Assembly: GCA_964016885.1 (NCBI GenBank)
Contig: OZ024742.1
Coordinates: 39,184,001-39,248,000, forward strand
Length of the DNA stretch: 64,000 nt
From: Eledone cirrhosa
Lineage: Eukaryota
Reading direction: 5' to 3'
Below the pieces are notes generated by a model. The model was not told where the DNA came from. It was given only the letters and a program-made list of their open reading frames with translations, and searched no databases. This document shows positions 55,178 to 64,000 of this stretch, in pieces. Position numbers and translations under genes: made by a program. The stretch's first letter is position 1; each line of letters begins with the position of its first letter.

Positions 55178-56485
55178 TATAGCGTCCGTCATCTACTACC
55201 GCCTGACCGTTGTGCCTTGCCCAAGGGAAACGCTCGCCAAAATGGAGCGCGCACTCTTCCAATTCATTTGGAAGAAGCGGGCTCCTATGGTGAGGAGATC
55301 CATCTGCTGTCAACACCCTCCGAAAGGAGGGCTGGGGATGCCGTGGCTAATGATACGTAAACACGCATTAAGGCTACGGCACCTTCAGGTATTCCTCTCC
55401 GGTCAACCGGTGTGGGCCACGTTTGTGAGGCGAGCCTTTCCCAGACTCGTCTCACTCACCGAGCTGCAATCCTGGGTCAAGCAAAGACCGAGAAAACTGG
55501 GCGCCTGGCACACCGAGTGTGCCCAGGCGCTCACGGCTCTCTGGCAGGCGGACCCAGCTGTCAGTGGAGAATCCACCTCGTCATTCTATAGAGGGCTGGT
55601 GGTTAGCAGGTGCGACGACGCCCTCGGAGAAGCCCTAGGCATGGAGGAAGACGAACTGGCCAACCTGTTCGGTAGGACATTCAGCCCGGGACCCATGGAT
55701 AAGTTCCAGAGGTCCCTGGCCTGGCAATGCTACAGAAGGGCTCTGCCCGGTCGAGAAAGGCTCTACAGACACGGGCGCCCGGGTAGGGACCCATCGAAAA
55801 AGGTCTGTCCCAGATGCGTGTGCGACGAGGAAACCGTTGCACACGCATTGGTACACTGCTCGGGCATTGCCGATCTGTGGGGCTATGTCGAACAACTGCT
55901 GTCAAGGGTGGGACCGATCCGGTTAACCACCGAGTCTATTGTAACGATCAAGCCGCCTCCCCTCTTCAAAAACGAAGGAGAGGCGGTGTTTCTGTGCGTA
56001 ATAGCCATGGCGAAAGAGGTTGTATGGTGGACGCGTCTGAAAGGACTGAGGTCAGACACCTTTCTCTCTGGCCAACAACTGGTCCGTTTCTTCCGATATC
56101 ATTTCGGAAGAAGGATCAGGATGGAGAGAGAGGTGCTGCACCCCAGCCGTTTCTATGAAAGATGGGTGAAAGTGGCGAGAATGGCCCGTGTGAATGGGCC
56201 TTCACTCTACATCAGACTATAGGTGAGGAAGATGAAAGACCAAGGGAGCACCCCTTCTCTGTGCTCCTGAGGAAAAGGGTTGCACACTTTTTTTCGGGGG
56301 TGTGTGCGAGCCCCCAAAGCGCCTCCTCTCTATTGAGGATTTTGTTATAAATTTTATTCTGTTATATTTTATTTCATTTTTATATATTGTTATTGCCTCC
56401 TCCTTATTGAGGACGCCTTGTTTTGTAAACTCCCCGCATTGTACTTGTCCCACTTTTGATGCCCTGGTGGCAAATAAAAGAAACA
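55178..56485 (+). mobile_element. L1/Tx1 copy 5, 5'-truncated
   Basis: ORF2 C-terminus (to 56222) is of copy 1 type. Flanked by CTAT/TATC on both sides. Confidence 0.93.
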
Positions 56486-56734
56486 TATATCTATCTATCT
56501 AATCTATCTATCTCTACGATGGACACATGTGCTGAGCTCGCTCGGTAAGTTTTTGTTTAAATTCATACGGAAATTGTAAACTGTAAACTTTCATTTTTGT
56601 ATCATTTTGTAGAGGGACTGCCAGGTCAAATTTTGATCTGGTCGGTCCCTCAAAATATTCTGCGCCTTTGGGCGAAATAGTATTGTGAACATTTTATCTT
56701 TCGAAAAACTTCGAAAAACCCTATTTTGAGAAAA

Positions 56735-58585
56735 ATGGCTGAAGCATCTTCACCATCAATCAAAGAAGGAAAGGGGAAGTCATACTCACAGCTTCCCCCT
56801 GCCACTGTCACAGCAGCAGATGCCAAAGGCAGAGGTCAGAGAGAGGAAGAATTGTCTTCACCTGTTGACCGACCACTAGATGTAGCCACAACTACACAAG
56901 AATTTGAAAACAACAACAACAACAACAACAACGTCAACAACAGCAACAATAAAGACAACAAAAACAACAACAACACAAACGTCACAAGTATCCACACACG
57001 AAACGAGAAAGACAACAACAACAACAAAGATGAAAACAACACAAACGACGAGAAACAAAACAATACTAATATCCAAAACGAAAACAAAATATCTTTTGCA
57101 CAAACGGCTAAATTATCAGTCGCTTATGTGCTGGAAGATATTTCAAAAGCAAAAGAAATGCTGGAAAAAGCCAAGAAATATGTGTCTTTTGGCGAAAACG
57201 GATCGTTTTCTATACATTCACCTCCGGAGCTAAAAAGACAGACGGAATTACGAACTGTCGTATTCCGAACAATTTTAAATAAAACAAAGAAACCAGCGCA
57301 ACCATCTCAAGCGGAAACTCAGTTAGTCTTGAAAGACGCGATGAGAGACATCACTTTCATACAAAAGGATAAACTCTATGGGAGTTTATCCATATTGATG
57401 AAAGACGAATTGGCGGCAAAAAAATACTCTGTGTCGCCAATTCGGTCCACACACTACACCTTCTTCCCCACCTACATGGGTAAAAAAACCCAGAGGATAT
57501 GGATAACCACCATCACCCCAAACATAAACTACTGGTGGTTACTAACCGGTTTCCTCAATTTAGACGAGGACAACCTCATCTCAATAGGGAAGGCATCCGG
57601 CGACGCGTTCAGTGGAACGAGCCTCGAAGTTCTGACCCAAATAAGGCCAGAACGCATCGCCCAAATCCCTGAGCGCGTCATGCTGGATGACCGTACCCAC
57701 CTCAACATTATTGTGGAGGGTAGGCGTCCCTCCTGTTACCTCTGTGGCAATAGAGGTCACCTGAGGGCTGCCTGTCCCCAGCTCACACAGAAAAAAACAC
57801 TGCTACCAACACCAACACCACCCCAACTACAACAACAAAAACAACCACAACAACAACAAAAACCAACAACCCCACCACCACCACCACAACAACAACAACA
57901 ACAAACACGTGAAAAAATAACACAGAATACTGTCCCACCCAATCCCTCCCCACCCAAAACAAATACAAAAACACGCACACCGCAAACACTACCAGAAAAC
58001 ATACCCCTCCCACCCAACAAGGAAGACGAACCTCTTTCGTCGCAAGACGAAAAAGATCCCTTCCAACAAGTAAAAAGAAAGAAGAGGAGACGCACCACAG
58101 ACACACATGTTAACTTTAACCCCCCCCAAGAGAACACAAACTACACACAAACCACCCCTCCCTGTCACACAACACTAACTGCTACACAAAAAAAGACATT
58201 ACAATACACATACATGAACACAGACAACAAAGAATTACGGAAAACAATTTCAGCAAACCCTTCGGTCCAAACTGAAGGGCCAAACTTTATAACTGCTGTG
58301 GGACTACCTCATTTGAAAATGATAAAAGTCCCAATGCACTTGTACAAAACACTGAAAATAAATTTCACGGAGGACGTGGGCCCCCCCTGCGCCAAACCAA
58401 TCAACCGCGTCCTCCTAAAAAATTTCACCCCCCCACCCCACCCAGACACCCACTCAACGACAAACACCCCAACCCCACAACACACCGATGCCCCTTCACT
58501 TCCACAAACCACCACCCCACCCAACAACCCATCCCCAACCAGCATGGAAATTGAGCGGCCCGTTTCCCGGGACGCAGAGAGGTAA
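56735..58585 (+). CDS. LINE ORF1 protein (Gag-like nucleic-acid binding, CCHC zinc knuckle)
   Basis: First ATG at 56735. CYLCGNRGHLRAAC = CX2CX4HX4C. Asn-rich and Pro/Gln/Thr-rich low-complexity regions. Confidence 0.9.
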   Translation: MAEASSPSIKEGKGKSYSQLPPATVTAADAKGRGQREEELSSPVDRPLDVATTTQEFENNNNNNNNVNNSNNKDNKNNNNTNVTSIHTRNEKDNNNNKDENNTNDEKQNNTNIQNENKISFAQTAKLSVAYVLEDISKAKEMLEKAKKYVSFGENGSFSIHSPPELKRQTELRTVVFRTILNKTKKPAQPSQAETQLVLKDAMRDITFIQKDKLYGSLSILMKDELAAKKYSVSPIRSTHYTFFPTYMGKKTQRIWITTITPNINYWWLLTGFLNLDEDNLISIGKASGDAFSGTSLEVLTQIRPERIAQIPERVMLDDRTHLNIIVEGRRPSCYLCGNRGHLRAACPQLTQKKTLLPTPTPPQLQQQKQPQQQQKPTTPPPPPQQQQQQTREKITQNTVPPNPSPPKTNTKTRTPQTLPENIPLPPNKEDEPLSSQDEKDPFQQVKRKKRRRTTDTHVNFNPPQENTNYTQTTPPCHTTLTATQKKTLQYTYMNTDNKELRKTISANPSVQTEGPNFITAVGLPHLKMIKVPMHLYKTLKINFTEDVGPPCAKPINRVLLKNFTPPPHPDTHSTTNTPTPQHTDAPSLPQTTTPPNNPSPTSMEIERPVSRDAER

Positions 58586-58609
58586 GTGCCTTTTCTCTTT
58601 ACCACCAAC

Positions 58610-61600
58610 ATGGCTGTGCTAAGAGTAGGGTGTCTAAATGCGCGTGGCCTGGGCTCGTCTTGGAAGCAAGCAATGCTTCTAAATGACCTCAGGTCACAAT
58701 CTATAAATGTGATGGTTATCTGCGAGGCCCGGATCAGCAGCATGCGACAGCTAGCCCCCACCTTTGACGACTTTGAGATGCACGCATCTCTCTGTCAGCC
58801 CGGAGGTGGGGGTGGGGTTGTCGTTCTGCTGCAAAAACATATGGGCCTTGCAACACAGATAGTTCACTTGGACCCAGGGGGTCGACTGGTGGTGCTGGAC
58901 CTTGGCAGTGGTGAAGGTAGAGCCCTTAGGCTGATAGCCGCATATGCCCCTTTTGGGACAGAGCGGCCCGACTTTTTCCAGCGTCTGGAGTCTTTTCTAG
59001 GGACGTCCCGTTCCCTGCTTTTAGTGGGGGATTGGAATGGTATCCTGGATGCACGTTGGGACTATGCAGGGGCATGTCCCGATAGAGAGGGGTGCAACAG
59101 CCTCAAGGGGTTACTCGGCCGATTTGACCTGGCCGATAGATTTCGACTAGATTTTCCGACGGTGCCAACCTGGTCTTGGTCAAATCGCAGCGGATCATCT
59201 AGATCGTACCTAGATAGATTTTTAGTTAGAAATAAGGACAGGGACTTTTTAAGTTGTCCAGAAATGCTCATGGTTGGCTATTCAGACCACAAGTTGGTGA
59301 CCTGCATGGTCAACCTTGATAGAACGCATAGACAGGGCCCCGGTTACTGGAAGCTCAACTTGTCCTTGCCGGCAAGTAGAGCCTACAGGAATCGGATTAG
59401 TACGTTAGTTAAGGAACGGTTGACTGGAGCGATCGTCAACAGCAGGTGGTGGGTATCTCTAAAGAGAGAGATTAGAGTAGTCTCGATTGAATTTAGTAAG
59501 GTTCTAGCTGCGGATAGGAATAGGAAGGAAAGGGAGCTAATAGATAGAGTAGAAGAGGCAATTAGAAGCGGCGACGTGGCCAGAGTGCTAGCGTCGAGAA
59601 CGGCTTTGAGCCAGTTTTTCGACGCGAAGCACGAAGGCTGCGTTGTCCGAAGTAAAATACGTGCTCTAGGGAACGAGGGGGCCAAAGCTGTTAGCTGGGC
59701 CCGCGTGACAGAGGCCAACAGTGGAACTAAATCCACCATCCGGTCTTTGCGAGACCTGGATGGACGGGCGATTCTTGAGCCTAAGCAGATGTGTGAGGCC
59801 TTTCAAAGACACTTTGCCCGACTGTTCGGGAGGGGCGGGGAGCCGGTTGGAAACGTGGACTTCGGTCCATACCTCGACGGCCTGCCGTGCCTCTCGGACA
59901 GGGAGGCGAAGTCTTGCGAGGAGCCGATTTCGGCCGCTGAGATAGAGGACGTGCTGGGCCAATGCGGCAAACGCAAATCCCCGGGTCTCGATGGTCTTCC
60001 TTACGAATTATATCTAGCTATGCCGGACTTGTTCCCCGATCTCCTCGAGGCGGTCTACTGCAACTGGCAACAGAACGGGAGAATTCCCTGTACTGTGACC
60101 AAGGGCGTAGTCACGCTAGTGAGGAAGGACGAGAACAAGGGGGACGAAATAAGTAACTTCAGGCCCATAACTCTGCTAAATACAGAGTTACAGATTTTGG
60201 CCAAGGTGCTAGCAAAGAGGTTGGCGCTTGTCGTGGGCAACCTGGTGGGAGATGCGCAGACATGCGCTATCCCGTCCAGGTCCATCCATGACAACCTCCA
60301 CCTCATGCGATACATCATAGAGAGGGTTGGGAACGAACCCGGCTTTGGTGGGGCTCTGATCAACTTGGATCAATCTAAGGCGTTCGATAGGGTCGACCAT
60401 GGTTACCTGAATGCGGTGCTAGCGGCGGCAGGCTTCGGACCCGTTTTCAGGGGCTGGATCACTGCTATGCACAGCAGCCGCATCTGCTCTAGGGTCAAGG
60501 TGAACGGCTACCTCTCGGAGCCGTTCAAAATCGCGCGGTCCATCCGACAAGGGTGCCCTCTCTCCTCCCTTCTGTATGTGTTGACTCTCGAGCCACTACT
60601 GCGGAAGTTGGAGTTGTTGCAGGGCATCCCTTTGGAACCGGGATTGCGGAAAGCGGTGTCGGCCTACGCCGATGATGTAACAGTAATGGTGTCGACGGCC
60701 TCCGAAATCGAGGCGGTCGGCACCTTACTGGAGGAGTACGAAAAGTTCACAGGGGCTAAGCTGAACCGGGACAAGTCGATCGGTTTGCAACTCGGCACGT
60801 GGAGGGGCAGACCGATGCCCTCCGATGGCGTCGTCGGACGCTGGACGGAGGGCCCGGTGAAGTTGCTCGGGGTCTGGTTCGGACCGGACCTCCAGGTGGA
60901 GAAAAACTGGGCGGAGGTTACGAACAGGGTGTTTGCACTGACCCAGAAGTGGGCCAGTTGCAAACTATCCCTGAAAGGTCGGGCGGAGGTGGCGAACACT
61001 TATATAGCGTCCGTCATCTACTACCGCCTGACCGTAGTGCCCTGCCCAAGGGAAACCCTCACCAAGATGGAGCGCGCGCTCTTCCAATTCCTTTGGAAGG
61101 GGCGGGCTCCTATGGTGAGGAGATCCATCTGCTGTCAACACCCTTCGAAAGGAGGGCTGGGGATGCCGTGGCTAATGATGCGTAAACACGCATTAAGGCT
61201 ACGGCACCTCTACGTATTCCTCACCGGACAACCGGTGTGGGCCTCGTTTGTGAGACGAACCTTTCCCAGACTCGTCTCACTCACCGAGCTGCAATCCTGG
61301 GTCAAGCAAAGACCGAGAAAACTGGGCGCCTGGCACACTGAGTGTGCCCAGGCGCTCACCGCCCTCTGGCAGGCGGATCCGGTTATCAGTGGAGACTCCA
61401 CCGCAACATTCTATAGAGGGCTGGTACGCAGCAGGTGCGACGACGCCCTCGGAGAAGCCCTAGACATGGAGGAGGACGAACTGGCCAGCCTGTTCGGTAG
61501 GACATTCAGCCCGGGACCTATGGACAACTTCCAGAAGTCCCTGGCCTGGCAGTGCTACCGAGGGGCTTTACCCGTTCGAGAAAGGCTCTACAGACACGGG

Positions 61601-62047
61601 CGCCCGGGTAGGGACCCCGCCAAAAAGATCTGTCCCAGATGCGTGTGCGACGAGGAAACCGTTGCACACGCATTGGTACACTGCTCGGGCGTAGCCGATC
61701 TGTGGGGCTATGTCGAACAACTGCTGTCAAGGGTGGGACCGATCCGGTTGACCACCGAGTCTATTGTAATGATCAAGCCGCCTCCCCCCTTCAAAGATGA
61801 AGCAGAGGCGGTGTTTCTGTGCGTAATAGCCATGGCGAAAGAGGTTGTATGGTGGACGCGTCTGAAAGGACTGAGGTCAGGCACCTTTCTCTCTGGCCAA
61901 CAACTGGTCCGTTTCTTCCGATATCATTTCGGAAGAAGGATCAGGATGGAGAGAGAGGTGCTGCACCCCAGTCGTTTTTATGAAAGGTGGGTGAAAGTGG
62001 CGAGAATGGCCCGTGTGAATGGGCCTTCTCTTTACATAAGCCTGTAG
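58610..62047 (+). CDS. LINE ORF2: APE endonuclease, reverse transcriptase, C-terminal CCHC finger
   Basis: ATG in ACCAACATGG context. Motifs [65 protein letters not shown]. Confidence 0.95.
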   Translation: MAVLRVGCLNARGLGSSWKQAMLLNDLRSQSINVMVICEARISSMRQLAPTFDDFEMHASLCQPGGGGGVVVLLQKHMGLATQIVHLDPGGRLVVLDLGSGEGRALRLIAAYAPFGTERPDFFQRLESFLGTSRSLLLVGDWNGILDARWDYAGACPDREGCNSLKGLLGRFDLADRFRLDFPTVPTWSWSNRSGSSRSYLDRFLVRNKDRDFLSCPEMLMVGYSDHKLVTCMVNLDRTHRQGPGYWKLNLSLPASRAYRNRISTLVKERLTGAIVNSRWWVSLKREIRVVSIEFSKVLAADRNRKERELIDRVEEAIRSGDVARVLASRTALSQFFDAKHEGCVVRSKIRALGNEGAKAVSWARVTEANSGTKSTIRSLRDLDGRAILEPKQMCEAFQRHFARLFGRGGEPVGNVDFGPYLDGLPCLSDREAKSCEEPISAAEIEDVLGQCGKRKSPGLDGLPYELYLAMPDLFPDLLEAVYCNWQQNGRIPCTVTKGVVTLVRKDENKGDEISNFRPITLLNTELQILAKVLAKRLALVVGNLVGDAQTCAIPSRSIHDNLHLMRYIIERVGNEPGFGGALINLDQSKAFDRVDHGYLNAVLAAAGFGPVFRGWITAMHSSRICSRVKVNGYLSEPFKIARSIRQGCPLSSLLYVLTLEPLLRKLELLQGIPLEPGLRKAVSAYADDVTVMVSTASEIEAVGTLLEEYEKFTGAKLNRDKSIGLQLGTWRGRPMPSDGVVGRWTEGPVKLLGVWFGPDLQVEKNWAEVTNRVFALTQKWASCKLSLKGRAEVANTYIASVIYYRLTVVPCPRETLTKMERALFQFLWKGRAPMVRRSICCQHPSKGGLGMPWLMMRKHALRLRHLYVFLTGQPVWASFVRRTFPRLVSLTELQSWVKQRPRKLGAWHTECAQALTALWQADPVISGDSTATFYRGLVRSRCDDALGEALDMEEDELASLFGRTFSPGPMDNFQKSLAWQCYRGALPVRERLYRHGRPGRDPAKKICPRCVCDEETVAHALVHCSGVADLWGYVEQLLSRVGPIRLTTESIVMIKPPPPFKDEAEAVFLCVIAMAKEVVWWTRLKGLRSGTFLSGQQLVRFFRYHFGRRIRMEREVLHPSRFYERWVKVARMARVNGPSLYISL

Positions 62048-62365
62048 GTGGAAAAGAGGAAGGAACGAGGGAGCACCCCCTCTCTGTGCTCCTGAGGAAA
62101 AGGGTTGCACACTTTTTTCGGGGGTGTGTGCGACCCCCCAAGGCGCCTCCTCTCTATTGAGGATTTTGTTAAAAATTTTATTTTTGTTATATCTTATTTT
62201 ATTTTTATATTTTGTTATTGCCTCCTCCTTATTGAGGACGCCTTTTTGTGTAAACTCCCCCCTTTGTACTTGTCCCACTTTTGATGCCCTAGTGGCAAAT
62301 AAAAGAAACTTATCTATATATATAAATATGTATATATATATATATACATATATATATTATATATA

Positions 62366-62429
<64 letters not shown>

Positions 62430-62557
62430 ATACATAGATGTGTGTGTGTGTGTATTTTTACGCATTTGTATGAATGTTTTTCATTTCAATACTACTGTGT
62501 TTTGTTCGCTTGGCCTCCCCTCAATCTTCATTGTAAGCGAGCGCATATGTGTAGATA

Positions 62558-64000
62558 CTTACATACCTACCTACCTACCTACCTACCTACCTACCCACCC
62601 ACCTACCTACCTACCCACCTACCTACCTACCTACCTACCTACCTACCTACCTACCTACCTACCTACCTACCTACATACCTACCTACCTACCTACCTACCT
62701 ACCTACCTACCTACCTACCTACATACCTACCTACCTACCTACCTACCTACCTACCTACCTACATACCTACCTACCTACCTACCTACCTACCTACCTACCT
62801 ACCTATCTACATACCTACCTACCTACCTACCTTCCAAGCTACCTACCTGCCCACCTACCTACCTATCTACCTACCTACCTACCTACCTACCTACCTACCT
62901 ACCCACCTACCTACCTACCTACCTACCTACCTACCTACCTACCTACCTACCTACCTACCTACCTACCTACCTACCTATCTCTCTACCTACCTGCCTACCT
63001 ACCTACCTACCTACCTACCTACCTACATACCTACCTACCCACCTAACTACCTACCTACCTACCTACCTACCTACCTACCTACCTACCTACCTACCTATCT
63101 ACCTACCTACCTACCTACCTACCTACATACCTACCTACCTACCTACCTACCTACCTACCTACCTACCTACCTACTCACCTACCTACCTGCCTACCTACCT
63201 ACCTACCTACATACCTATCTACCTACCTACCTACCTACCTACCTACCTACCTACCCACCTACCTACCTACCTACCTACCTACCTACCTACCTACCTACCT
63301 ACCTACCTACCTACATACCTACCTACCTACCTACCTACATACCTACCTACCTACCTACCTACCTTCCAACCTACCTACCTACCTACCTACCTACCTACCT
63401 ACCTACCTACCTACATACCTACCTACCTACCTACCTACCTACCTACCTACCTACCTTCCAAGCTACCTACCTGCCCACCTACCTACCTATCTAGCTACCT
63501 ACCTACCTACCTACCTACCTACCTACTCACCTACCTACCTACCTTCCAACCTACCTACCTGCCCACCTACCTACCTATCTACCTACCTACCTACCTACAT
63601 ACCTACCTACCCACCTACCTTCCTACCTACCTACCTACATACCTACCTACCTACCTACCTACCTACCTACCTTCCAACCTACCTACCTACCTACCTACCT
63701 ACCTACCTACCTACCTACCTACATACCTACCTACCTACCTACCTACCCACCTACCTACCTTCCAAGCTACCTACCTACCTACCTACCTACCTACCTACCT
63801 ACCTACCTACCTACCTTCCTACCCACCTACCTACCCACCTACCCACCCACCTACTTACCTACCTACCTACCTACCTGCCTACCTACCTACCTACCTACCT
63901 ACCTACCTACCTTCCAAGCTACCTACCTACCTACCTACCTACCTACCTACCTACCTACCTACCTTCCTACCTACCAACCTACCTACCCACCTACCTGCCC
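62558..64000. repeat. Long (CCTA)n/(TAGG)n microsatellite with recurrent variants
   Basis: About 1.4 kb, running to the window end. Confidence 0.97.

Larger units (their letters stand above)
56521..62310 (+). mobile_element. L1/Tx1 copy 6, full-length and apparently intact
   Basis: 5' UTR, open ORF1 and ORF2, 3' UTR with AATAAA at 62298. TATC repeats on both sides. Confidence 0.95.

Noticed and set aside
62091-62125. CTGAGGA in the LINE 3' UTR as a hammerhead core
   Set aside because: No GAAA or stem III after the following hairpin, and not conserved in copy 3.
62558-64000. Telomeric repeat or repetitive protein (YLPT)n
   Set aside because: The unit is TAGG, not TTAGGG/TTAGG; the ORF is a microsatellite translation.

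Overview
Repeat-rich eukaryotic (animal) DNA, most likely from an octopod cephalopod judging by its tRNA-derived SINEs and dense microsatellites. I found no convincing host gene. Two retroelement systems dominate. (1) Six same-strand L1/Tx1-clade LINEs lie in two clusters (~1.3-14.3 kb and ~53.8-62.3 kb). All end in AATAAA-(A)GAAA(C/A)N directly followed by TATC repeats with no poly(A), and most also have CTAT/TATC on the 5' side. The copy at 56.5-62.3 kb has intact ORF1 and ORF2. (2) Many short non-coding inserts sit in (TA)n tracts and carry type I hammerhead ribozyme motifs, most with minimal palindromic stem III and often a nearby AATAAA. They occur as tail-out inverted pairs, direct partial repeats, or a near-perfect 588-bp tandem array (39962-42223). 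This is the signature of Penelope-like element pseudo-LTRs or non-LTR retrozymes. Two unrelated families use the compensatory U3-A8 core (UUGAUAA). Also present: a Penelope GIY-YIG fragment, CRE-like LINE fragments, two MITE families and many SINEs. All ribozyme folds and alignments were done by eye.
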